A DNA stretch of 49,171 nt from Bacteroidota bacterium. Its GTDB lineage: Bacteria; Bacteroidota; Bacteroidia; Flavobacteriales; Flavobacteriaceae. Shown here piece by piece: positions 10,771 to 18,723 of the stretch. Position 1 is the stretch's first letter. Every line of letters begins with the position of its first letter. A program made the translations under genes and the position numbers. Below the pieces are notes generated by a model, which saw only the letters and a list, made by a program, of their open reading frames with translations, ran no database searches and was not told the origin of the DNA. The stretch spans positions 1-49,171 of the forward strand of contig JAKLIC010000001.1 in NCBI GenBank assembly GCA_022709825.1. Direction: 5' to 3'.

Positions 10771-10772
10771 AA

Positions 10773-10803
10773 TGTTTAACAAATATAGTAAAAAAGTTAA
10801 ACA
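10773..10803 (-). promoter_or_regulatory. crtI promoter (-7 TATATTTG at 10780-10787) within inverted repeat TGTTTAAC-N15-GTTAAACA; candidate operator
   Basis: Perfect 8-bp arms at 10773-10780 and 10796-10803 bracket the -7 box. Confidence 0.6.
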
Positions 10804-10824
10804 AAATAGAAAATTATGAAAAAA

Positions 10825-11721
10825 TTATAATTCTTTGGATAATTCTAGTATTGAATTGAAAGTTTTAATTTTAGAATTTTGATTTGGTTTAATGAATTCT
10901 GTCATGCGACCAACTGCCCATAATTCAGCATTTTCTCCTTCAAGAATCTCTTTATGAATTTCTTTCATATAATCTGATATATTGTCTTTCGTAGGTTCAA
11001 CTGTCATGTAGGAAATGTAGACTACGTTGTCAAAATACCGTTTTATATCTTTTAAACTATCAATGGGAACACTTTCTCCTAAATAAATTGTTTTGTAGCC
11101 ATTTAATATAACTTCATAATTGAGATACATTAACCCTAATTCGTGAATTTCGTTTGCCGGTAAAAAGAGCACAAAAACTTTATCAGTTCGAGTAGGTTCT
11201 AACAGCTGTATTTTTTCGGTATTAACTAATAGCTTTTGCTTGATGAGGTAACTTATAAAATGTTCATGAGCTGGAGTGATTGTTTCTGCTTGCCACAACA
11301 ATCCAATTTCATTCATGAGTGGTATGAAAACTTCATAAAAGACTTCACGAAACGATTTTTCTGAAAGTAAATTTGAATAAGTATTGAAAAATAATACTTG
11401 ATCAAAATTCATCATTGCCATTTTAAAGGCATTAATAGCATGATGTTTAACGCTCTTTTCATTCACAATTTCCCTTACCATTACGTTAATTTTATCAGGA
11501 GAGAGTTTTGAAATCTTAGAAATTTTATAACCGTGATTATGTAATAAGGTAATGTTTAATAGCTTTTGAAGGGCAACTAAATCATAATAACGAATGTTAG
11601 TTTCTGTACGCATCGGTTCTAATACATTATACCTTTTTTCCCAGATTCTAATAGTGTGTGCTTTGATGCCGGAAAGGTTTTCCAAATCTTTGATGCTAAA
11701 AACATTTTTTACATTGTTCAT
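10825..11721 (-). CDS. MerR-family regulator with cobalamin-binding domain (CarH/LitR-like)
   Basis: MerR HTH (SIKDLENLSGIKAHTIRIWEKRY), W-x9-EH (WQAETITPAHEH) and E-x-H-x-x-G (EIHELG); upstream of crtI. Start moved to ATG 11721. Confidence 0.88.
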   Translation of the reverse strand: MNNVKNVFSIKDLENLSGIKAHTIRIWEKRYNVLEPMRTETNIRYYDLVALQKLLNITLLHNHGYKISKISKLSPDKINVMVREIVNEKSVKHHAINAFKMAMMNFDQVLFFNTYSNLLSEKSFREVFYEVFIPLMNEIGLLWQAETITPAHEHFISYLIKQKLLVNTEKIQLLEPTRTDKVFVLFLPANEIHELGLMYLNYEVILNGYKTIYLGESVPIDSLKDIKRYFDNVVYISYMTVEPTKDNISDYMKEIHKEILEGENAELWAVGRMTEFIKPNQNSKIKTFNSILELSKEL

Positions 11722-11803
11722 TGTTTCGTATTGTTTGTTAAACAAAAGTAAACAAATAAAACAAACTTTAAAGGTTTTTAAATATTTTTTTTGGAAATGG
11801 TAT

Positions 11804-11990
11804 TTTAAAACAAAAAAAACGCACAATTAAACTTGGCGTCTTTTTATTTAAAGTATTCATCCTTGACCACGATGGGATTGACTTCGTCTCTCCCTAAAGC
11901 TCCGCTTTGAGAATACTTTAAACAAAAAAACGCACAAGTAAACTTGGCGTCTTTTTATTTAAAGTATTCATCCGTGACCACGATGGGATT
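11804..11990. repeat. ~75-bp direct repeat (period ~111 bp) containing the tRNA-Leu 3' 16 nt plus downstream sequence
   Basis: Copies ~11804-11879 and ~11917-11990 share ACGCACAA.TAAACTTGGCGTCTTTTTATTTAAAGTATTCATCC.TGACCACGATGGGATT. Confidence 0.9.
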
Positions 11991-12056
11991 CGAACCCATA
12001 CGCCTTGCAGCACCACCCCCTCAAGATGGCGAGTCTACCAATTTCTCCACGTGGCC
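11975..12056 (-). tRNA. tRNA-Leu (GAG)
   Basis: Reverse complement GGCCACG..CCATC-TT-GAG-GG-GGTGG, long variable arm, GGTTCGAATCC, CGTGGTCA. CCA not encoded. Confidence 0.95.
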
Positions 12057-12069
12057 TAATATTAAAAAA

Positions 12070-12101
12070 AAGTAAAGACGTTGCACGCAACGTCTTTACT
12101 T
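12070..12101. repeat. REP-like perfect palindrome
   Basis: AAGTAAAGACGTTGC-AC-GCAACGTCTTTACTT, 15-bp arms. Confidence 0.8.
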
Positions 12102-12102
12102 G

Positions 12103-12175
12103 TGACCCGACTGGGGCTCGAACCCAGGACCCCATCATTAAAAGTGATGTGCTCTACCAACTGAGCTATCGAGTC
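12103..12175 (-). tRNA. tRNA-Lys (TTT)
   Basis: GACTCGATAGCTCAGTTGGTAGAGCA CATCA-CT-TTT-AA-TGATG ... GGTTCGAGCCC ... GGGTCA. Confidence 0.97.
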
Positions 12176-12204
12176 ATTAGCATCAAAAAATTTCAAAAAA
12201 ATTG

Positions 12205-12277
12205 TGACCCGACTGGGGCTCGAACCCAGGACCCCATCATTAAAAGTGATGTGCTCTACCAACTGAGCTATCGAGTC
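12205..12277 (-). tRNA. tRNA-Lys (TTT), identical tandem copy
   Basis: Identical to 12103-12175, 102 bp apart. Confidence 0.97.
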
Positions 12278-12302
12278 AAATGCAATTTCTTGAATGCGGG
12301 TG

Positions 12303-12310
12303 CAAATATA
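12303..12310 (-). promoter_or_regulatory. Bacteroidetes -7 promoter element of the tRNA operon
   Basis: TATATTTG on the minus strand, 25 bp before the first tRNA. Confidence 0.75.
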
Positions 12311-12405
12311 CGTCCTTATTATTTATTTTTCAAAGCAATTTTGTCTTAAATTTGTCTTTTTGGCAGATTCTTTCTTAACCCCTTACTGTACAAGGAATTA
12401 TTATA

Positions 12406-12924
12406 ATGAAAAAAATTATTTTACTCGGATATATGGGGTCAGGTAAGACCACAATCGCTTCTAAAGTAGCTGATGTTTTGAAAAAAAAACACCTGGATTT
12501 GGATAAACTTATAGAAAAAAAGGAAGGAAAAACTATCAATTCAATTTTTGCAACGAAGGGTGAAATTTATTTTAGAAAAATTGAACATGAAGTTTTTAAA
12601 GATTTAATGGAATCGCAAGATGACTTTGTGTTGAGTTTTGGAGGCGGGACTCCCTGTTATGCAAATAATCACTTATTTCTAAAAGAAAAAGAGGTGATTT
12701 CAATTTATCTTAAAACATCTGTTGAGGAGTTATCAAAAAGGTTATTGCAAAGTAAAGCAGAAAGACCTTTGATTGCTCAAATGAATGAGGATGAACTAAA
12801 AGAGTTTATAGCTAAACACCTTTTTGACAGAAGTTACTATTATCACCAAGCTCAGCATTTCATTTCTACAGATAATAAATTGGAAAAGGAAGTGGTTCAG
12901 GAGATCATTAAATTACTGACTTAA
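12406..12924 (+). CDS. aroK: Shikimate kinase
   Basis: GYMGSGKT Walker A, DLD, GEIYFR..E, SFGGGT, RPL. Confidence 0.95.
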   Translation: MKKIILLGYMGSGKTTIASKVADVLKKKHLDLDKLIEKKEGKTINSIFATKGEIYFRKIEHEVFKDLMESQDDFVLSFGGGTPCYANNHLFLKEKEVISIYLKTSVEELSKRLLQSKAERPLIAQMNEDELKEFIAKHLFDRSYYYHQAQHFISTDNKLEKEVVQEIIKLLT

Positions 12925-13413
12925 ATAAGCATAACTATTTCCTTCTTCGAAAACAATTTGAACATGTTCCTGAAATGAAGTGGATAATGAAATTCCTTTA
13001 AAATCTACTTTTACAGGATACTTTTTATGATTCCGATCTACTAAAACAGCTGTTTTGAATTTTGTTAACGGAACATCTAAAAAATGTTTCACACCATAAA
13101 CTAAAGTAGTCCCGGAATTAAGAACATCATCCACTAAAATCAGTCCTTTGTTTTCATAGGTTGCTTTATCTAAGGAAGTGGTAATAGGTTCAAAAGGATT
13201 ATGTTTATTTGCATGCACTTCACACAATGTCACTTTGAATTCTGCTATTTTTTCTAAATCCTCAGCTAACTTTTGAGCAAAAATAAATCCATTTTTAGCA
13301 ATGCCAGCAATTACAATTTCTTTTTCATCTACAAAAGTTTCATAGATTTGATAGGCAATCCGCTTGATTTTATGTTCAATTTCCTGATGAGTGAGTATAA
13401 TATTTTGTGGCAT
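12913..13413 (-). CDS. PyrR-like phosphoribosyltransferase family protein
   Basis: KRIAYQI, ILVDDVLNSGTT PRPP loop, AVLVDR..KYPV..DFKG. Confidence 0.8.
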   Translation of the reverse strand: MPQNIILTHQEIEHKIKRIAYQIYETFVDEKEIVIAGIAKNGFIFAQKLAEDLEKIAEFKVTLCEVHANKHNPFEPITTSLDKATYENKGLILVDDVLNSGTTLVYGVKHFLDVPLTKFKTAVLVDRNHKKYPVKVDFKGISLSTSFQEHVQIVFEEGNSYAYLSQ

Positions 13414-14000
13414 AAGTTATATTTTTTCTCAAAGATAAAAAAGAGTTCGTTGTTTTCTCTTGGTTTTATTGAATTATGAGCAGTTTCTAATGTTTTTATA
13501 TTGAATTGATTTTCAAATAAAACTCGGTATTCATTTTCATTTCCACCAAAAGGTGGTCCTTTTTCAGTTAGTGGAAATTGAAAAAGTAAGCCAACTATTT
13601 TACTGCCTGAATTTAATAAAGAGTCCATTTTTGACACATATTTTTTTCGTAAATCAGGTGCAATCGCACAAAAAAAAGTTTGCTCGATAATTAAATCAAA
13701 AGTATCACTTAGCTCAAAAAAATCTTTATGAATGAGGTGTTTATCGTCAAGGTGAGGCATTCTCGTTTGAATATTCTCTAAAGGAGTTTTAGCGATATCT
13801 ATCACAAAAACATTTTGAAATCCGGCATTATATAAATATTCAAATTCATATCCATTTCCTGCTCCCGGAATTAATATTTTTAACTCTTTATTTTCAATTT
13901 GATCGATATATTCCTTTAACGGTGTAGAAACTGTTCCGATATCCCATCCAATCTCATTCAAATGATACTTGTTTTCCCAATAATCTTTATTCAGTTTCAT
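13329..14000 (-). CDS. Thiopurine S-methyltransferase-like SAM-dependent methyltransferase
   Basis: YW..KY....IGWD, ILIPGAGNGYE, DLIIEQTFFCA, GPPFGG. C-terminus extends 85 bp into the next gene. Confidence 0.85.
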   Translation of the reverse strand: MKLNKDYWENKYHLNEIGWDIGTVSTPLKEYIDQIENKELKILIPGAGNGYEFEYLYNAGFQNVFVIDIAKTPLENIQTRMPHLDDKHLIHKDFFELSDTFDLIIEQTFFCAIAPDLRKKYVSKMDSLLNSGSKIVGLLFQFPLTEKGPPFGGNENEYRVLFENQFNIKTLETAHNSIKPRENNELFFIFEKKYNLCHKILYSLIRKLNIKSSGLPIKSMKLL

Positions 14001-14367
14001 TAGTGTCTTCTGTATAATTTTCTATATCCCGACGGTCTTTTTTTGTTGGTCTCCCTTCACCGTTTTTTCGATAATGTTCCTTGGATAATTTTAGTAGTTC
14101 TAAATGTGCAAAAGCTTCTTCCGGAGTTTCGTCTTTTCGATAGATGTCAACCAATTTGGCTCCAACTCTGTTTTCAGGTATTGCTAATACCCTTATTTTA
14201 TAAGTGATTTGGTCTCTTCTAAATGTCACAGCATCGGATGGAAATACTTCACGAGAGGGTTTCGCAACTATACCATTTACGGTCACATGGTTTTTTTTAC
14301 AAAGCTCAGTAACCATGTTTCTGGTTTTGAAATAACGAACGCACCATAAATATTTATCGACTCTCAT
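13987..14367 (-). CDS. hslR: S4-domain RNA-binding protein (Hsp15-like)
   Basis: MRVDKYLWCVRYFKTR, AKPSREV, GRPTKKDRR. Confidence 0.88.
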   Translation of the reverse strand: MRVDKYLWCVRYFKTRNMVTELCKKNHVTVNGIVAKPSREVFPSDAVTFRRDQITYKIRVLAIPENRVGAKLVDIYRKDETPEEAFAHLELLKLSKEHYRKNGEGRPTKKDRRDIENYTEDTNETE

Positions 14368-14493
14368 ACTTTATTCAGAAATCTACGTTAATTTTTATAC
14401 AAAAATAAATCAAAATTGTATCTTGCAGCACTTATTTTAAAAAAAGTATTCAACTAAAATAAAGCTAAAAAAAAAAAATTAAATTAAATAAAT

Positions 14494-15462
14494 ATGTTGT
14501 TAAAAAGTTTAAAAGTCCCAATATTGATGGTGCTGATTTCATTTTTATCCTTTTCGTGCAAAGATGACGACGACGCTACAACTGTAACACCTCCGAATGA
14601 CAGAACTGAGCAATATGCCTCAGATATCGATTCAATTGAAAAGTATTTAAAAACAAATTACATGACTTTAGATAGTGATTTGAATGCTGTAATCACTAAA
14701 ATTCCGACAGGAGGTAGTCAAGTATCTATTTGGGATCAAACGGATTATCCTTTGAATAGTATTACGGTTAAAAATGATACTCGATTAACAATTAGAACTG
14801 ATGGTGGAATTGAAGATCCTGTGGAATATAAATTGTATTATATATTATTGAATGAGGGTGGAGGTCAAAATCCGCTAACAATTGATTCTTCATTTGTAGA
14901 TTATCGAGGTTGGAATTTAGATAATGTTGAGTTTGATAGAACTTCAACTCCTGTTTGGACATCTTATCCAATAACAAATGTTTTTATATCCGGTTTCAGA
15001 CAAATTTTGCCGATTATGAAAACAGCAGAAAGTATTGTTGAAAATCCTGATGGAACAATTAATTATATTAATGCCGGAAATTGTCTGGTTTTTATTCCTT
15101 CAGGATTGGCTTATTATAATAGTCCACAAGGAGCCAATTTACCGGCGTATTCTAGTATTGTATTTCAAATCAACCTGAAAACGTTAGATAAAATTGACCA
15201 TGATTCGGATAGAATTTTATCTTATATGGAATTATATGGAACGGAAACGGATTACTTCATGCAAGATTCGGACGGTGATTTAATTCCTGATTTTTTAGAT
15301 ACCGATGATGATGGGGATGGTTTTTTAACCAGAAATGAATTCAAAATTTCAGGAACTGACCCACAAGAGTATTATGATTTTACAACTATTCCGGATTGTA
15401 GTGGAAATACAATTAATCCAATTAGGTTAAAAAGATACCTTGACCCTAGCTGTCATCAATAA
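14494..15462 (+). CDS. FKBP-type peptidyl-prolyl isomerase-like lipoprotein with acidic DxDxD tail
   Basis: Lipobox SFSC; VDYRG...FD, ISGF, FIPSGLAY, IVFQINL; DSDGDLIPDFLDTDDDGDG. Confidence 0.8.
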   Translation: MLLKSLKVPILMVLISFLSFSCKDDDDATTVTPPNDRTEQYASDIDSIEKYLKTNYMTLDSDLNAVITKIPTGGSQVSIWDQTDYPLNSITVKNDTRLTIRTDGGIEDPVEYKLYYILLNEGGGQNPLTIDSSFVDYRGWNLDNVEFDRTSTPVWTSYPITNVFISGFRQILPIMKTAESIVENPDGTINYINAGNCLVFIPSGLAYYNSPQGANLPAYSSIVFQINLKTLDKIDHDSDRILSYMELYGTETDYFMQDSDGDLIPDFLDTDDDGDGFLTRNEFKISGTDPQEYYDFTTIPDCSGNTINPIRLKRYLDPSCHQ

Positions 15463-15466
15463 ATAA

Positions 15467-15494
15467 AAAAAATCCCGAGCAATCGGGATTTTTT
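15467..15494. terminator. Bidirectional terminator
   Basis: AAAAAATCCCGA-GCAA-TCGGGATTTTTT. Confidence 0.9.
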
Positions 15495-15514
15495 ATTTGA
15501 GGTAAAAAGGATGG

Positions 15515-16468
15515 TTATTTTCTATTGATTACTTTTTCTGCTTTTGCAATAATAGCTTGGTGATTTAATTGGTATTTTTCCATCAATTGGTCTGGAGTGC
15601 CACTTTCACCAAAACTGTCATTTACTGCTACAAATTCTTGAGGCACAGGATTATTTAAAGATAAAGTTCGGGCAACACTCTCTCCTAAACCTCCTAAAAT
15701 ATTATGCTCTTCTGCAGTAACTACGCAACTTGTTTTAGCAATCGATTTCAAAATTGCTTCTTCGTCCAATGGTTTAATAGTGTGAATATTGATAACTTCT
15801 GCAGAAATTCCTTTTTCTTCTAGTTTTTCTGCTGCAATTAAAGCTTCCCAAACTAAATGTCCGGTAGCTATAATGGTCACATCGCTTCCTTCATTCAAAA
15901 GGATTGCTTTTCCTACTACAAATGGTTCGTCAGCAGGCATGAAATTTGGCACTACCGGACGACCGAAACGTAAATAAACCGGACCGTGGTGATCGGCAAT
16001 GGCCAAGGTCGCAGCTTTAGTTTGATTGTAATCACAAGTGTTAATTACCGTCATTCCGGGAAGCATTTTCATCAAACCGATGTCTTCTAAAATTTGGTGT
16101 GTTGCTCCGTCTTCTCCTAAAGTTAATCCGGCATGAGAAGCACAAATTTTTACATTTTTGTCTGAATAAGCAACCGATTGACGAATTTGATCGTACACTC
16201 TTCCGGTAGAAAAGTTGGCGAATGTTCCTGTAAACGGAATTTTACCACCAATGGTTAATCCGGCTGCAATTCCAATCATATTGGCTTCTGCAATTCCGAT
16301 TTGGAAAAAACGTTCCGGATGATTTTTTTTGAAATCATCAAATTTTAATGAGCCAATTAAGTCGGCACACAAGGCAACCACATTTTCTTTTTTTTGTCCG
16401 AGTTCGGTCATTCCTGCTCCAAATCCTGAACGAGTATCTTTACTTCCTGTATTGGTATATTTTTTCAT
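15515..16468 (-). CDS. Transketolase, C-terminal subunit
   Basis: GIAEANM, GEDGATHQ, PVYLR, TIKPLD, VTAEEH. Start moved to ATG 16468. Confidence 0.93.
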   Translation of the reverse strand: MKKYTNTGSKDTRSGFGAGMTELGQKKENVVALCADLIGSLKFDDFKKNHPERFFQIGIAEANMIGIAAGLTIGGKIPFTGTFANFSTGRVYDQIRQSVAYSDKNVKICASHAGLTLGEDGATHQILEDIGLMKMLPGMTVINTCDYNQTKAATLAIADHHGPVYLRFGRPVVPNFMPADEPFVVGKAILLNEGSDVTIIATGHLVWEALIAAEKLEEKGISAEVINIHTIKPLDEEAILKSIAKTSCVVTAEEHNILGGLGESVARTLSLNNPVPQEFVAVNDSFGESGTPDQLMEKYQLNHQAIIAKAEKVINRK

Positions 16469-16475
16469 TTTTTTT

Positions 16476-16538
16476 GCTATGGGCTTTAGGCAATAGGCAA
16501 TAAGCATAAGGCTTAGAGCATAGTGCAAAAAGCAATTT
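16476..16538. repeat. Nine degenerate 7-bp tandem units (GCwwwrr-like)
   Basis: GCTATGG GCTTTAG GCAATAG GCAATAA GCATAAG GCTTAGA GCATAGT GCAAAAA GCAATTT. Confidence 0.8.
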
Positions 16539-17385
16539 AATAATCACCTAAAGTTACGGGGTTTTGTTCTAACGCTTTTGCTAATTGATCGTCGTTGGGA
16601 GCTTTTCCATGCCATGCATGCGTATGCATCATAAAGTCAACACCATTTCCCATTTCCGTATGCAACAAAACGCAAACCGGTTTTCCTTTTCCGGTTCTCG
16701 ATTTAGCTTCAGACATTCCGGCTAAAATAGCTTCAATGTTATTTCCTTCGGTTATTTCTAATACATCCCAACCAAAAGCAATAAATTTTGCCTTAATATC
16801 ACCCATGGGTAAAACTTCATCCGTTGCTCCATCTATTTGCTTACCATTTAAATCAACCGTTGCAATATAATTATCAACTTTATAGGCTGCTGCATACATC
16901 ATAGCCTCCCAATTTTGGCCTTCTTGTAACTCGCCATCACCGTGAAGTGAATAAATCAAGTGTTTGTCACCATTTAATTTTTTTGCTAAGGCAGCACCAA
17001 TAGCAACGGACATGCCTTGACCTAATGAGCCGGAAGCTACACGAATACCGGGTAAACCCTCATGAGTGGTTGGATGTCCTTGTAAACGTGTATTTAATAA
17101 TCTAAAAGTAGCCAATTCTGATACCGGAAAATAACCACTTCGGGCCAAAACACTGTAAAATACAGGTGAAATATGGCCATTGGATAAGAAAAATAAATCT
17201 TCTCCATTTCCATCCATGTTAAATCCTTCTTTTCTGTCGAGAATGACTTGGTATAAGGCTGTAAAAAATTCTGTACATCCTAAAGAACCTCCGGGATGTC
17301 CCGAATTTACGGCGTGTACCATTCGAAGAATGTCTCTTCTGACTTGTGTTGCAAAGTCGTTTAGTTGTTGTGTGTTAGGTTTCAT
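16537..17385 (-). CDS. Transketolase, N-terminal subunit
   Basis: SGHPGGSLG, LSNGH, LQGHP, GSLGQG, GDGELQEG..WEA, WHGKAP. Start ATG 17385; -7 TACCTTTG at 17411-17418. Confidence 0.93.
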   Translation of the reverse strand: MKPNTQQLNDFATQVRRDILRMVHAVNSGHPGGSLGCTEFFTALYQVILDRKEGFNMDGNGEDLFFLSNGHISPVFYSVLARSGYFPVSELATFRLLNTRLQGHPTTHEGLPGIRVASGSLGQGMSVAIGAALAKKLNGDKHLIYSLHGDGELQEGQNWEAMMYAAAYKVDNYIATVDLNGKQIDGATDEVLPMGDIKAKFIAFGWDVLEITEGNNIEAILAGMSEAKSRTGKGKPVCVLLHTEMGNGVDFMMHTHAWHGKAPNDDQLAKALEQNPVTLGDY

Positions 17386-17577
17386 TTTAATGATAAATGT
17401 TAAACTTCGGCAAAGGTAAATCAAATATTAGATTTTGTTTCAAGAGGGAATTAGAATTTTGCTAAAGTTTTCAAGATAAATTGTTAGTAAACAGCGTTAA
17501 TTAGAAACATAAATAATTCCCAAAACACTCAACAGAAAAGCGAAATCTTTTATCTTTGCCCACTGTAAAAAACATAT

Positions 17578-18708
17578 ATGAAGTTTGATTTATTGACGAC
17601 TGACCCTAATTCGAAAGCCCGTGCGGGAAGCATAACAACTGATCACGGTGTAATAGAAACCCCAATTTTTATGCCGGTTGGAACGGTTGCTTCTGTTAAA
17701 GGAGTGCATCAACGTGAATTAAAAGAAGACATCAATCCGGATATTATACTTGGAAATACTTATCATTTATACCTGCGTCCACAGACAGAAATTTTAGAAA
17801 AAGCTGGGGGTTTACACAAATTCATGAATTGGGATAGAAATATCTTGACTGATAGTGGTGGTTATCAAGTTTATTCACTTTCTTCCAACAGAAAAATTAA
17901 GGAAGAAGGCGTGAAATTCAAAAGCCATATTGATGGTTCCTATCATTTCTTTTCTCCGGAAAATGTGATGGAAATTCAACGAACTATTGGAGCTGATATT
18001 ATCATGGCTTTTGATGAATGCACACCTTATCCATGTGATTATCGCTATGCCAAACGTTCCATGCACATGACACACCGTTGGTTAGACAGATGTATTAATC
18101 ATTTGGAAAATCTTCCTTTTAAATATGGTTATGAACAAACTTTTTTTCCTATTGTTCAAGGGAGTACGTATAAAGATTTAAGACAGGAATCAGCGGAATA
18201 TATTGCCAATGCAGGGGCCCAAGGAAACGCTATTGGCGGACTCTCAGTTGGTGAACCTGCTGAGGAAATGTATGCGATGACTGAAATCGTAACCGCTATT
18301 TTACCGCAAGATAAACCCCGTTATTTAATGGGAGTAGGAACACCTGTCAATATATTAGAAAATATAGCCTTAGGAATTGATATGTTCGATTGTGTGATGC
18401 CAACCCGAAATGCCCGAAACGGAATGTTGTTTACAGCTCATGGATCAATAAATATCAAAAATAAAAAGTGGGAGGATGATTTTTCGCCTATTGATGAAAT
18501 GGGAATTACCTTTGTTGATACCGAATATACCAAAGCTTATTTACGGCATTTATTTGCAGCAAATGAGTATCTTGGGAAACAAATTGCGACCATTCATAAT
18601 CTCGGTTTTTATATGTGGCTGGTTCGTGAAGCGAGAAAACATATCTTAGCAGGTGATTTCAGGGTTTGGAAAGAACAAATGGTAAAACAAATGAGTCAAA
18701 GGTTATAA
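17578..18708 (+). CDS. tgt: tRNA-guanine transglycosylase
   Basis: TPIFMPVGT, NTYHL, TDSGGYQ, GGLSVGE, DMFDCVMPTR. -7 TATCTTTG at 17551-17558. Confidence 0.97.
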   Translation: MKFDLLTTDPNSKARAGSITTDHGVIETPIFMPVGTVASVKGVHQRELKEDINPDIILGNTYHLYLRPQTEILEKAGGLHKFMNWDRNILTDSGGYQVYSLSSNRKIKEEGVKFKSHIDGSYHFFSPENVMEIQRTIGADIIMAFDECTPYPCDYRYAKRSMHMTHRWLDRCINHLENLPFKYGYEQTFFPIVQGSTYKDLRQESAEYIANAGAQGNAIGGLSVGEPAEEMYAMTEIVTAILPQDKPRYLMGVGTPVNILENIALGIDMFDCVMPTRNARNGMLFTAHGSINIKNKKWEDDFSPIDEMGITFVDTEYTKAYLRHLFAANEYLGKQIATIHNLGFYMWLVREARKHILAGDFRVWKEQMVKQMSQRL

Positions 18709-18723
18709 TTAACTGGAAATAGG

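Noticed and set aside
11804..12277. Repeats that might be a CRISPR array or prophage att pair
   Set aside because: Only two copies each, explained by tRNAs and a tRNA-linked duplication; no cas or integrase gene.
12005..12349. ORFs 12005-12349 (+) and 12062-12262 (-) with internal repeats
   Set aside because: They are translations of the tandem tRNA-Lys genes.
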